Both the position numbers and the translations under genes were made by a program. Positions 13,315 through 25,848 of a stretch of DNA of 64,000 bases are shown here, piece by piece. The DNA comes from Oikopleura dioica. Its lineage: Eukaryota > Animalia > Chordata. The stretch lies in assembly GCA_907165135.1 (NCBI GenBank), contig OU015569.1, forward strand, positions 6,076,001 to 6,140,000. The letters run 5' to 3'. Position 1 is the stretch's first letter, and each line of letters opens with the position of its first letter. The notes under the pieces are model-generated. The model ran no database searches. It saw nothing but the letters and a program-made list of their open reading frames with translations, and was not told where the DNA came from.

Positions 13315-13870
13315 TTACATGTAGCAAGAGCCCTCTGGCGGCTGCTTGAGCTTGAAAACAGTTCTATCAGTCATTTGTCGCCGAACTTCAGTCAGGACAG
13401 TCTTCATGGTGTAACTCGCATGCCAAGGTCGCAGGGAGCTCATTTTGCTGATGTCTAAGACAATTTCAAACTGTTTTCTAAGAGATTCAGTGGATTATTA
13501 CCAATGCTGCCGTTATTTTGATTGACACAGGGGAGGTTTATACGGTTGACGAAGGTGACAACCGGAGCTTGTGAAGGGTAGTTTTTGCCACAATGAATTC
13601 TAAGACTCTAAGAAAAGCAATCAGAAAAAAGGAGGATTGTTGGACTCACATAAATTCTATTTTCGAATGGCGTTTTAGCTGGACCTAAAATTGTTCCATT
13701 CCAGTCTGTTAAAGTCATGTCATCATCATCTTGGAGTCCCCAGCTACAAAAAAATTGAAATAATAATCTAAAGCGTCTACCTACCTGACAGTTCCGTCGC
13801 TGCTTCCTCCTTTCTGACCCTCTTCAAGCTCCTCTAGGAGTCGAAAGTTCCGAGGGACAGTACACGACAT
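13315..13870 (-). CDS. UBE2V: Ubiquitin-conjugating enzyme E2 variant (UEV1/MMS2)
   Basis: [17 protein letters not shown]...[21 protein letters not shown]...LKQPPEG; four exons, absent from the ORF track. Confidence 0.93.
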
Positions 13871-13966
13871 ATACAAGAGCTCTTGGTGGTTAATGATTAG
13901 TTGAAAATGGTTGTCGAAAATTGAATTTGAATATAGAAATAGTGAAGTGAGAGAAGAGAAGAGAAT

Positions 13967-15276
13967 TTACAGAAGGTATACTTTTTTAAAATCTAACTTA
14001 GAAAAGGTTTCATTTGTTCGTGGACAAGTCATTGTATCGTCTGCTGGATTCGTGAGGAGATTGATTGCACGTTGGCCGTATACATTTCCATTGGGCAGCA
14101 TCAGCTTCAATTTAAGATAAGACAAAGTGGTCAGGGCTTGTATAGAGCTAGTACCGGAGGATTGTTCTCATTTATATCGTCCCCACTAGCAGCGCAGATG
14201 AATTGCGACTGCGTGCAATGAGAATACGGAAGCCGTTTTGCAATTGAATTTAAGAAGACAGAACAAACGGGGCACGAGTCGGATTGATGGTAATTTGAGT
14301 AGCACTGGTGTGTTTTTAAAGAGCTTAATCAAAGTAAACTAATCGAAGTTGATTCATCTTTACGCACCTTAATCCCGCCTCTAAAGTCGCCTCAAAAACG
14401 GAAACATCCGAAACTTGGTGAACTCTTAGAACATCGTTGCGACACATTTGGCAAAGAAACTCCCATCTGTCTTCGCTAGATAATGGATAGAGAAAAGTCA
14501 CAGAGGAGCATGTACCTGAATAAAGCTTTATATGCGCCAACATGTGTGGTCGGCTGAAAAACAAGAAGTGCCATCGCCCGTCCTAGCTCTGTCGACTTGG
14601 CAGATTGGGGAACGAGGTCTGTCATAAATTTTCTAGCGTACTCCATTGCCTCGATTCGTTTGTCCTCTGTTATCAGCGTTATAAAGTTCTGAAGACGGAG
14701 TTCCCATTCAAACCGCGACTTGATCTTACGCAGCCTCGATTTATTTTCAGCGCACCAGGCGAGACACTCTGCTGTGGACTGCTTCCGAAGCGACGCTTCC
14801 AAGTCTGTTATTTTGACAAAAAGGTTCGCGTTGACGAGATCGTTCAAGTTAAGAATCTGGGCAAGTTTGAGCGACGTCTCTTGATAGCCAAATTGGAAAA
14901 GATACTCCGTCAGCTGGCGATAGAATCGATCCGTGTTCCATGATTGAAGATTACTTTTAAATGACTGAAGATGATTCAATCTGTTCTTCAGAGCAGTACA
15001 CTCATTGTTTTGAGACATGGATATTTTCTTGACGCGCTCTCGAGCAGCATCAAGCTTCTTTTTAAACTCAGCTTTCTTCTTCGCAAATTTTTTTGGATTG
15101 TCGCGAAGCTTCTCTATTTCCGAAATGATCGTGTTCATATTCGTGACTTCTTTGTCGATAATACGTTGTCCGACGCGGAATTTTCTGTTCAGTGTTTCAT
15201 AGGGAACCCGAAGAAGAGAGAACTCCTGGACACGAATGCAGTCCTCAGTGTTGGTAGCTTCATCGAAGCTGACCAT
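13967..15276 (-). CDS. MAEA: CTLH/GID E3 ligase subunit MAEA (Gid9/FYV10)
   Basis: LRVPYETLNRKFR, LisH/CTLH (CLAWCAENKSRLRKIKSRFEWELRLQNFI), C-terminal degenerate RING and VLPNGNVYG. Confidence 0.9.
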
Positions 15277-15522
15277 TTTGTTCCGAGAACTAAAAAATCA
15301 AGACTGCCTGAGAATTTTCGTAGACAATATATTGAACTTTGACTTAGATGAGATTAAATTTGAAACTCTGCAGCAGAAAGCAGTAAAGATCGGAGTTAAC
15401 GTAGGACAGTCTTGAATTTCCATTTATTGCACAAACCAGAAGGTTAAAAAATAAGACCTAATAGACACAAAAGGACAGTAAGAAAAGAATATGCTAAAAT
15501 TGTTCTTAACAATGTTTAAAAT

Positions 15523-16298
15523 TTAAAGGTAGGATTGCGCTTCTCTATTAAGAAGAGTGAGCGCAGTTAATATGGCTAAAACGGCCCACTTGATCTTCGG
15601 ATAGTCATTCATTATAATAGTGACCATTCCGACATACGGAGCCATCGCTTTTGCTCGTCCGACGACGTCCTTCGGCCGGATCCACATTTGGCCTCGATTG
15701 TAGAGAGCTCGATCATCAACACTGTTGTTGTCGCCCTATGATTGGTATTACGTTATAGCCGATAACTTACAGGTAAACAGCATTACCTTGGTAAGAAGCT
15801 TGACTTCGCCAGTTTCTGTGTTTTCGTGACGTTTCAGGACTCTGTGCACAATCGGAATATCTCTACCCTCTATTTTGAAGACAACAATCTCGCCGGCATC
15901 AATTGGTTCCTTATCATCTGATTACTGGATGATGCCAAAGAAAAACTCACCTTTCGGTCGTGATACAGAAAAAGTAAGTCGCCTCGATAAAAGGCAGGTT
16001 CCATCGAGCCAGACAAAACAACGACAATAGGCGACTCTGAGAATGAATGCTCAAGTACCAATCTGCTTATTAATGATGACTCTACCTGTTCCAGATAAGA
16101 CGAAAAGACCTTTCCAGACCATAAGAGCGGAGGACACAATCATCGCAAAGTTAAGAAACTAAAATGAGACGTATAAGATACGAAAAAGGGCTTGGACCCA
16201 ACCTGGTAATAAACTTGACGTTTGTTCATCCGCCGGACGTCTGAGAAGGTGTCCGACTCCCAGACACCCTGGAACCAGTCTGATATGAATCCCAGCAT
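15523..16298 (-). CDS. SEC11: Signal peptidase complex catalytic subunit SEC11
   Basis: [42 protein letters not shown]. Confidence 0.95.
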
Positions 16299-16479
16299 CT
16301 AAATCTATCCTTTGAGACGAAGAAAGAATTAAAATGAAAATCCAAGGAATAATTATGTGAATTAAGTTGAGAGTGGGATTTCAGATTGAAAGTTTGAAGT
16401 GGAGATGTTAATTTTTATAAAAATAAATCTTGGAAGAACTCATCGTATTCTTGCTCCTTGGTTTTCTCCTCTTCGACGT

Positions 16480-17393
16480 TTACGGGCTTGCTCCAAATCG
16501 CATCTGGATCGGTTTCCTCGGCGCCGAGTTCCTCTTCGTCTTCCTTGATTTTTGCTGAATTTCTCTGTCTGTTTTGCGCTTCTTGGCGGAATCAGGATCA
16601 GATTTGACCTCTGCTTCTTCTTCGGCCTTGCGTTTCTTCCTAGCGAGAGCGTTTTGTTCTTTTGTAATAGCCTCCTGTTGCTCTTGCAAGAGCGTAACGC
16701 GATTTTTCGCTCTTCTTATTTCTGTATATTTTGTGTTATGATTTAGTTTTGCGCTAAATATTATTTACTTATCAGATTTAAAATGTAATCGAACCTGCAC
16801 TCGGCACAGAGTCGAACTTTGACAAGTGCCATTTTCTTTTTATCGTTTTCAGCATATCCAAACGGAACTTCCCAAGTTCTAAGGCCTTCAGTTTCGGAAC
16901 ATGTTTTCTTCTGTGCACAGATAAATTGGCCTTTTCCCTCGATCACTTCTTTTTCAATGCGCCAGCGGAATGCAATGCGATTCTCTATAAAAACCGCTTA
17001 GTTGTGTTATTTCATGGTTTTGAAACTTGCTTTTATAGTAAGTCAAGTCCGTTATTGCGTATTCTTTGAACAGCTTGTCCCAGTATTTCTTCGCGATTCT
17101 TTGTTCCCACGAAAGTGACTTTGGATTCTCTTCGTCACCGTCGCCGTCCTCCCACAAAAACTTGTGGTTCTCCTTTACCACGTCAATGTCTCTTTTGAAT
17201 TTTGTCTTGTCTGGTCGCATCGCCTTTCTACCTATAATTTGTGCTGGTCGTTGCCTTGCTGTAACAATTTACCTGCACTGCCATGGTAAGATAGATAGTT
17301 ATTAACAAGAGTCTTATGACGATCAAAAGCACTCTGAATATTCATCCCTGCTTTTTTTACTTTTGGTTTTTCAACAGGTTCTTCGATCGGCAT
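16480..17393 (-). CDS. FRA10AC1: FRA10AC1 spliceosomal C-complex protein
   Basis: VVKENHKFLW, WEQRIAKKYWDKLFKEYAITDL, GKGQFICAQK, LRTWEVPFGY, VKVRLCAEC. The start could be further upstream at 17535. Confidence 0.88.
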
Positions 17394-17537
17394 TCCATTC
17401 AAGCGTCTTTTAGTTGGTTTCAGGTTGTTTTCTGACTCCTTAATTCTCTGTTAGCGTCTGTTGATTATGTCACAGCCTTACGCTTGGCAGTTTTTTCATA
17501 AATTTGCTTGAGGAGTAATGAGAAGATCTCGACATGA

Positions 17538-18373
17538 TTAGTTTTTGAATTGATACTGTGACTGATGCTGTTGCGTTGGTTGTTGTTGTTGATGCTGCTT
17601 CGGTTGATGTTGCTGAAGCTGTTGTTGATGTAAGGTCGTTTGTTGATGATGCTGTTGCGGCCTAGTGACGATTTGTTCCTAAAAAGATAGTATTCTTAAG
17701 CTATGTGAAGGATGTACCTGTAGTTTGACTGGGACTTTGGGAACTTTTTGAATTTGCGCGGCACTCAAGTGAAAGACTGCGAGGTTGATGAGCTCTTTAT
17801 GGACGTTCTCCGGACTGAAATTTTCATAAATAGACGCTTTATTATATTTCTCGTAACCTTTCCGGATGCTCCAGCTCCGGAATAGACTTGAATAAGAGAA
17901 TAAGGACGTTGGAAACGTAAAGAATAGTATCCAAAAGAGTGTCAAGACTTCGATCGATGTTTGGTACGTCGCCGTTTTGAAGATGCTTAAAGATACGATC
18001 GAAAAGTAATAGCTCCAACGTTTCTTACAGTTTCAATATTTGTTGAAATGTCTTTTAGTCGTTCTCCGATAAGCGAAAAGTGGGACGCGAGGAGGGTAAA
18101 AACGGAAACGGGCTGAGACTGAATGCCACTTTGAAGCGGTGGAATAATCTGTTGATCAAGAGCGGGTGCTAATCGTCGAGCTTGATTGAGAGCTTGTCTG
18201 GCTTGTTGATTCTTGATTTGATTTCTTGACAGTTGATGAGTGTTCTGCTGATAAACTGGTCTTTGTTGGAATGACTTCTGCTGGGGCTGAGCGGTCTCGT
18301 TTTGCGTCTTCTGCGAAGACTCCTCGGACGTAGTCAAATTCTGCAAAAAATCCAGCGACTGCTCATTGGACAT
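17538..18373 (-). CDS. Q-rich protein with an HMGXB4 C-terminal-like helical domain, no HMG box
   Basis: Spliced product SHFSLIGERLK...SLDTLLDTILYVSNVLILLFKSIPEL...HKELINLAVF resembles the HMGXB4 C-terminus; Q-rich N- and C-termini. Confidence 0.55.
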
Positions 18374-18416
18374 CTAAATTTAAGAATAATTAATCGGGCA
18401 CTGGTACGCTTGGGCT

Positions 18417-19027
18417 TTATAATTCGACAGAAGAATTAATATCAAGCGCCTGGGTCGTCCATTTCTTCGTTTTCAGCCGCGGCATCGAGTCGAATTCCCC
18501 GTCCCACTCTAACCATTCTTCGAGACTCTGTAAGAATGTTTCTTTATTCCGGCAAAATAATCTTGCTTCACCTTGAAATTAAAAAGGTTTGGGCCTTCCA
18601 GTCCAGATGAATCAATAAGCTGCCGTTCTTTAAGAACTAGGGCGTTGATGTTTGCTTTAAAATTCTTATTTTTGAGCAAAAGTTGATCCAAAATACCTAA
18701 TCTACTTCCTGTTGTTTTTCGTTTGAGAATTTGATTAGTTTCGCTTATTTGGTTGAGTTCTTCGTCGAATCTATGCAGATACTTTCTGAAGAAGTCCTGT
18801 GCATCTGCCTTGGTAAAATCCTTCAAGTCTACAAGTCGCTCGCGCATTTCATCCTGATACCACTTAAACATCGATATTTTGGCGGCAATTTGTTCTGCCT
18901 TTCGGTCTTCTTTCAGCTGCAATCGTTCCTCGCGTATTTTCGCACCAGCCAGTTTTAAAGCTTTTCTTGAATTAGGATGTGGGGATTTTTTCTTCGCATT
19001 TTTTTGAATTTTGCCCGTCGTTTTCAT
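18417..19027 (-). CDS. TMA16: Translation machinery-associated protein 16
   Basis: HPNSRKALKL, ISMFKWYQ, YLHRFDEELNQI, GLEGPNL, EWDGE. Confidence 0.85.
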
Positions 19028-19142
19028 TCTGATAGTCAAACAAGGAAAAATAATTCGACTTGAAATTTATTTGCACAATGAAAATAAGGCACGTAAGGAA
19101 GCAATCTGGATAGGAGAAAAATTTTTACAGAAAATAGGAAAT

Positions 19143-21172
19143 TCAGTAAGGGTGCGCTTGTTTGGGGAAGAGAGGGGTCCTGTTTTGTTGATCGTCGTTC
19201 GGCGTTGACGTGAAAAAGTTGGTGGAGGGATGGAAAGGCATCGGGTAATGTTGCAGTGGAGTGGAAGTTGAAGAAGTCTAAAAACGGAATATGAGATCGC
19301 CGAGAGAAGAGTCCAGTTCTCACCCAGTTCAGAGGATAGGCAGGTTGAGGGAAGGTGGAACGATACTGAGAATAGTCCTGAGGAATGTACGAGTAGGTCA
19401 TGTTGTTCACGTTGCGCTTGAGTTGCTCTTCGTATTTTCGCTGCTCTTCCGCCAACTGTTCTTCGCGAAGGGTCTGTTCTTCTCGCTCTTTTTGATTTTT
19501 GAGGAATAAAGAGCTCTTGGAAGCTATAAACTCGCAAATATCGGTGCCAGCCGCTTTCATATCCTCTATCAAGTCAGATTCAAGCTTCGCGACAGTCTTC
19601 TTTATTCTGACCATTGGGAGCCGCGAGGAGGGATCGTCGCACCAGCAGTCAACCTAAATAGATTAAAAAAACACGTGAACAGAATAATATCTCGAACCTG
19701 CAATTTGGCTAGGATTCGAGTTGCTGAATCTAAGTTCCATTTGGGATTATGAGTTGGCCGCATTTTTCTGTCGCAGATTATGTTTTCCATTTCTTGAAAT
19801 TGCGGATCTGCAGAGACCACGTCGAAAAACGCTGGCTCGTAAAATAGGCCCTCATCTAAAAAGGAGATATTTGTAGAAGTAACAATCAATAACAAACCGT
19901 CTCCAACAGGAATGCATCGAGTAATCTCCCAAATGAGTAGGCCAAGAGCATAGACATCGGCCCTTTGAAAGGCAGTGAAATCCTTTAAATTGATTGTTTC
20001 AGCCAGTATTTCTGGTGCCATGTAGCGGCGAGTTCCAATTTTAATCTTGGGAAAGCTATTGCCAAAATCGGCTTTTCCATCTGGATTACGCTTAACTGCC
20101 ATTCCAAAATCAGCGACGCAACATGTTAGATCATTTTTCACGAGAATATTTCGCGACTTGATATCTCTGTGAGCGATGGCAACTTTGTATTTGCCTTGAT
20201 TCTGATCTCCAAAGGGCGAGTGGCCATCAATACCGCAGTGCAAGTGGACGAGGCCAGAGAGAGCGGAGTTGAGTAAACGGACGGCGATGAGTTTGTCGAT
20301 CTTTTCGACTCGAAGAAAGTCATAGAGGCTTCCAAGCTGATGATAAGCAGTAATCAGAAGCAGTTCTGTGTATCCATGGTCGCAAGAACGCATATCCGCT
20401 CCGATGAAATCCAAAATATTCAAATGGCGAAGCATACTCGTCGCATAAATGTTCGTTTCTCGATAAAAGGACTCTCCTTCTGTAGACTTCACACATTTGA
20501 TCGCGACCGTTCGTCCTTTAAAGCTCGCTTTCCACACCTCTCCGTACCGTCCCTTTCCGATGGGCTGTCCTGTGAAGCATGTCTTGCCAAGGTCCTTTGT
20601 AATTGTTCGTAGGAGCACTTCTGGGTCACCTTGTCCACTACCAGAAGTCTCATCAATCGCCGAGGTCGTCGTGTTCGCATGATCCACAGTTGATTCCAAC
20701 GGGACTCGCTCTTCTGCACTACTGTGATGCTTTTTCAGAAGATTTTTCACTCGACCGAGACAGTTACGTTTGATAGCAACTACGGAGAGAATAACGATTA
20801 TAAAACCGCCGCAGATACCTAAGTAAAAGTTAACGCTGGTGACTATTTTGGCATCATACTTATAACGAGTTTGAGAACGTTTGCTTGGTCGGAGTAAATA
20901 GAAACGTTAGATTCGGAAACGGCATTTTTTACATTGTTGCACAAGTCTTCTTTACAGCAGTCAACATGGGTTGAAGAACCTTTTATCGAGTTAAACGCGC
21001 AAACGCCGCGGTGAAGCAAATTGTCATGATCTAGACATCTTCTCTCCGAGCCTCCATCTGTATAATACGTAACGCAAGTGCCTTCGGTCGTACAAAAACC
21101 AGTCTCGGGGCAGTCAGGCTGGTCACAAACGCACAACACACTCATAACATCGAGAAAACAATCTGATTTCAA
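19143..21172 (-). CDS. TGF-beta/BMP type I receptor Ser/Thr kinase, ALK1/ALK2-like, with an unusually long C-terminal tail
   Basis: Cys-rich ectodomain ending CCKEDLCN, TM segment, GS box (TSGSGQG), GKGRYGEVW, HRDIKSRN, DFG, GTRRYMAPE, CWCDDPSSRLPMVRIKKT. The 5' signal-peptide exon was not resolved. Confidence 0.88.
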
Positions 21173-21353
21173 TGTAAGTGTATTAATTTTTACTTTTGAT
21201 TGGGTTTTATATTACGCTGGCATTATTTGAAGTAGTAAATGCCGTGAGCGTCAGAGAAGAAGAGGTTTTTCAAAAATTTCTAGATCTGAAGAAAGAACGT
21301 GTAAATCAATCAACAAAAGAATTTGGGCACATTGAATAAATTTATACTACTTT

Positions 21354-23000
21354 TCATGTTCGGAAGCTCATTCGCGGCTTCTGCTTGCGCTAGAAAAGAC
21401 GGTTTGCTTTTATATATTCCGGACTATTTTACTTGTTGTCGTTTGAGGTCGCGTTTGTTAAGGTCATATTCTAGTTTCTTTTGTTTTTCGGGATCTTGTT
21501 CTTCGAACATTTTCTTGTACTCTTCCCTGCGTGTTTCTTCCTTCTTTCGAGCAAGTTCTTCTTGCCTTTCTTGGTGTCGGATTCTATCTTGCGCTTCAGC
21601 TTGCTTCGCGCGGCGTTTCTTGTGCTTTTCGTAAGCCTCTAACATTACAGTTGCCCACAGAATGCTCTTGCAGAAATAAATACCTTTTCCAAGGCTAAAT
21701 TTAGCAAGTTGATCAACAAAGTAGACAGCCAGTTTCAAAAATTGAGTCGCATTCTGTTGAACATCCTTCATGTCAAAGACGAATATACAAACTTTGGAGA
21801 TAGGTTCAGACTCTTCACCGTCGGGCACTCGAGGTCCAACGAAACTGTCCGAAACGTGAAGAGAGATCAGCGAGTCTTTAGCAGAAGCAAATAGGTTGCA
21901 CATCTAGAATTCATTTTTAAAGTGCATTAAAGAGTCCCTCACCTTCTTATCGAAGACAGACAATGAATCCACTGTTTCAGCTACGTAAGACATATTTGAA
22001 AGGCCGAGCTTATCCGCGGAACGGATCTTATCGGCACAAAATGTTCCAACGTCTGGATAGTTCTCGAAGACCTCCTTGACAGTTGATGACTTTCCCACGA
22101 CAAAACAGAGAGGCTCAATCTTCTCCATCGTAAATTTAAGAATCATTCTGTCGGAAGTCGGTTGAATATACTAGAAAGTATATTCATCGATTTTCGAACA
22201 TCAATATCGCTTTCAATACCGTTGAATAGATAGCACTCATAGCATCCTGGCGTTTATTTAATCGAAGTGTCGCAAGAAGACCGTCAACATTCATTCTTCC
22301 AGAGCACCAGATACTGAAAACATGATCCGCATCTCTAGTCATCTGCAAAGACGAAACTGGTTCTTTTTGCATGCGATCATCACCAACGAGGGCAAATTGA
22401 CTCTCCAAGAAAGGCTTCGTTCAAGAATTAATTGCTGTAACAGCATTTTGGACATACCTGGGCAGTGCCGAACCAATCAGTAGCAATAGTTCCGTTTGTA
22501 AGTCTTCCATAAACGTAGTTAACAATGTAAATGACGATAATAGCGGATAGTCCGTATTCGATTGTGTAAACTGGTTTAACAGGTCGAGCATTTTTTGGCA
22601 CTTCGTTCACATTGATTACTTTCAAATCGTCACTCGGCTTAGAATCTTGAAATGTCAGCTATTACAAAAGAAAACAGATAAATTTAGTACTGGTAGGTAT
22701 GTTTTCGAATTCATCGGGGTCTAACTCTTCGTCAGTTCTATCCATCATTTCATGGCCAACATCGACACCTTCACTGAACTCGTTGAAATCAACTGGCTCG
22801 TCATCATCGATTTCTTCGATCACTGCTTCCTCGTCAACAGTTGCGGGCACATCATCCTTTGAGAAATAATATCAGAAACTCCTGCGATTCCTTGACTACT
22901 GAAATCAAGGAAGACTAACCTCGTCACCATTGAATGCTGCGAAATCATCCTGCGCATACGCAAAAGCGAAAAGAAAGAAAAGAAACGATGCTAACTTCAT
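21354..23000 (-). CDS. CCDC47: PAT complex subunit CCDC47 (calumin)
   Basis: Signal peptide MKLASFLFLFAFAYA, acidic luminal region, TM, LESQFALVGDD, IWCSGR, C-terminal coiled coil. Confidence 0.88.
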
Positions 23001-23287
23001 TTTTAGTTCATTAGCGAACCTAGATCTAAGATTAAGTCAGTTATATTTATCCGAAATCTGTAACATTTTCTACAAGCAGAGATCTCATTTATTAAAGTAG
23101 GAAAATGTTATGACGGAGAAGTCATCAACAAGATTGAAGAATAAAAATATAGTAAGGCAATCACGACGGAAATAATTACACAGAAAGTAAGAAATAGACG
23201 TAGTAGATGTTTTGGATATAGATAGGTGAGTGTACTTTGAGTTGACTCGTTGCGAACAGATGCATACTTTGAATAGCTGTACTTTGT

Positions 23288-25180
23288 TTATTTTTTAGCA
23301 GATTTTTTCGACTTTTCAGGTTTGTCTTTGGGTTTCTTTATGAGAATCTTCTTCAGCTTTCGTATCGTGCCAGATTTTTTAACTGAAACATTTTATCGAC
23401 TCTTTTAAAAAGATAAATTATAAGTTCTACCTCGAGCAACTTGTTTTTCAGCAGGAATATCGAACTGTGCTTCAGGTTCAAAGTTTTCTGGTTTAGAAGA
23501 GTTTTCGATCAGTTGACTCAGTTCGTCTTTTTTGTTCACAACATCGACGATTTGTGCCATCAGAAGTTCTTCCACTTCAACGTGGGAGTCATCTTCACAT
23601 GGTCTTAATTGATACTTAACCTTTGAGTAAGACCGATGATCCTTACTTATTGAGCACCTTTCGCATTTGATACTCTAGCTCGGCATGTCTCTCATCTAAC
23701 AGATTAAATCGAAGTCTAAGAAGTCAATATGTTTCTACCTCAGACAAAAGAAACTCACTGGTATCCAAGGAATTTGTGCTTTTCCGCGAGAGCGGTCCTG
23801 TTTTTAATTATCGAAATCCACTCTTTGAAGAGTTCTTGATCATCTTCAATAACTGCGTCGTCCTGAGACTCTGTTACTCGTATGATATCTTCGAGTTTCT
23901 GGCACTGAGATTCGAGCCCGTGAATCTCCTCTTCAACTTTGAGCAATTGTGAGCGAATTTCATCCGTGTTAACAGTCACTGTACGTTTAACGACAGGATT
24001 ACCATAACCTGGAGCTTTGCCTTTCGGCTTCGGCGGAGGGGGACGTTTTGGGCGTGAGGGGTTGAAAGGAGCCACGTTTGGCGGTGGAAGTGGTGCCATT
24101 TCTTTCTTTCGTGGCGAATTGACAATTTTCGGCGGCGGCGGGCGAGCGGGTGGTTTCTTCGCGAACGGATTCGTTTCTGAATCATCCTCTTCTTCATCTT
24201 CGCTAGCTGAGCCGAAGGGATTGCCAGGAGGTTCAGTAATTTTCGAGCGCGGTGCGGGTATTGGAACTTTTACTTCTTCCGCTCCTTCGTCGCTACTTTC
24301 ACAATCACCGAATGGGTTCCCATTTTCACTTTCTTTTCGTTTTTCTCTTTCTTCGGTTTCTTCTTTTAGACTTTCTTGCTCTTCCTCAGAATCATCTCCG
24401 AAAGGGTTCCCTGATTTTATCGATGGATTGTTGGATTGAGCATTGTCAGACTCCGAGTTCGAATCAATGGTAATTTCTTTAAACTTGAGCCTGAGATCAA
24501 AACCAGATTCAGAGGTCGCTGATTTTTCATCTTCCAGCTTTATCTTTTCTCCGGCTTCCTTCTTCATGAAATTCTCAAGTTGAGGCAAAGAGTTGTTGTT
24601 TAAAATATCTTCGTCTTTTAAATTGCTATAAAATGAGTCAAGATCATTTTGAAAGAATCATGATTCAAAGATTGAATTGTGTTTTAGAGCATGCCTGTGG
24701 AACAAATTTCGTGAAATCTCTTCTCGAATTCACACCGCTCAAAAAGCCTCCTCGTTAGCGATGACCCCTCTTTTTCTTTGCTGCTTATAAAACAAGTTTC
24801 TTCCGGGTTTTTCTTCATTCCTCTTTCTTGAGCAAGTAAGTAGTAAAGTTCGGCGACAAAAGTGATATTTTCTAACAGCGCTGAGCCTCGCAAAAGATCT
24901 TCTTGTGAGAAAAAGGGTTTGATTTTGAGCTTCGTTTCTGAAACTTGGACGATTTGCTCAAACATCTCGTCTGGAGATTGATTGGATACGTCCAATCTAA
25001 TCATATCGGGTCGATGCTAGGTGGATGATGAGTGATTTCCTCGCGTGCTTTACTTACATTATAAATGATAGAAAGATAGGCTTTTCCATCAACCCAATCT
25101 CTGGTGAAATTTTGAATCTCGGGTGAATTCCTCAATCTAAGGTGTCCATTTACCCATTTTAACAATTCTTTCAATTCCAT
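23288..25180 (-). CDS. MICAL-like/EHBP1-type protein (CH domain, degenerate LIM, NPF motifs, PxxP region, bMERB coiled coil)
   Basis: ELLKWVNGHL...IQNFTRDWVDGKAYLSII CH domain, four NPF motifs, proline-rich tract, C-terminal ELFKEWISIIKNRTAL. Confidence 0.75.
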
Positions 25181-25274
25181 CGCCAACAGACTAAATCTAC
25201 TCAATCAAAAAATGAGAATTCGAAGGTTATGTACACTTATTGCACGGGCAGATTATAGAAAACAGAAGAGATTT

Positions 25275-25848
25275 TTATGCTGAGCCAAAATACCGCTGCC
25301 CAATGGCGCGTACACGCAATAAAAATGACTTATTTTTGATTTCTCCATCTGGGTTATAAAATGGGTTCAATCGAAGCCGCAGCCAGATATCGTTCACGTC
25401 CTAAACAGATCCATCGTTCTCTCATTCTTTTCTATAAGTTCTATTCTTGCCTGGAAAAAATTGCGAACGGCGTCTTCGTTAATTTGATCGTGCACCATAA
25501 TAAACTTGGCTCCACCAGGAGTTAAGTACGCCGATATGTGCCACTCATTGAAACGGTCAACGCTCTTCAAAAAGCACTGACTAATTGATTTCGCATAATA
25601 AAAGAAAGAAAGCTATTCTGGTCTCACCTTGTTGCCCGTGCCCTGGCCTCCACTAGATCGAGCGACGCGTGTGCAATCAACTGGCAAAGATGGCGCTGCT
25701 CTTTCTCGCGTTTCTGATTGAACTCCGTTTCTAGCAGCGGTCTTTCTCTGGTCAAATACATTGCTCCAAAACTATTTCTTTAAACAGGAGTGCTTCCACC
25801 ATTCCTGTCACTTCCACCGACCAAGGCGAAGTAATAAGAGCCCGTCAT
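25275..25848 (-). CDS. TRAPPC2: TRAPP complex subunit 2 (sedlin)
   Basis: MTGSYYFALVGGSDRPLLETEF, HLCQLIAHASLDLV, LKSVDRFNEW, LNPFY; absent from the ORF track; needs a GA-AG and a GC-AG intron. Confidence 0.9.

Noticed and set aside
17560-17680. Apparent frameshift or fusion of the Q-rich gene into FRA10AC1
   Set aside because: Recounting the A-run shows the Q-rich frame is continuous and ends at TAA 17540-17538.
19036-19614. ORF-track 192-aa protein as an independent gene
   Set aside because: Its start MVRIKKT is the conserved end of the receptor kinase domain reached by a GT-AG intron; its listed 3' half runs through an intron.
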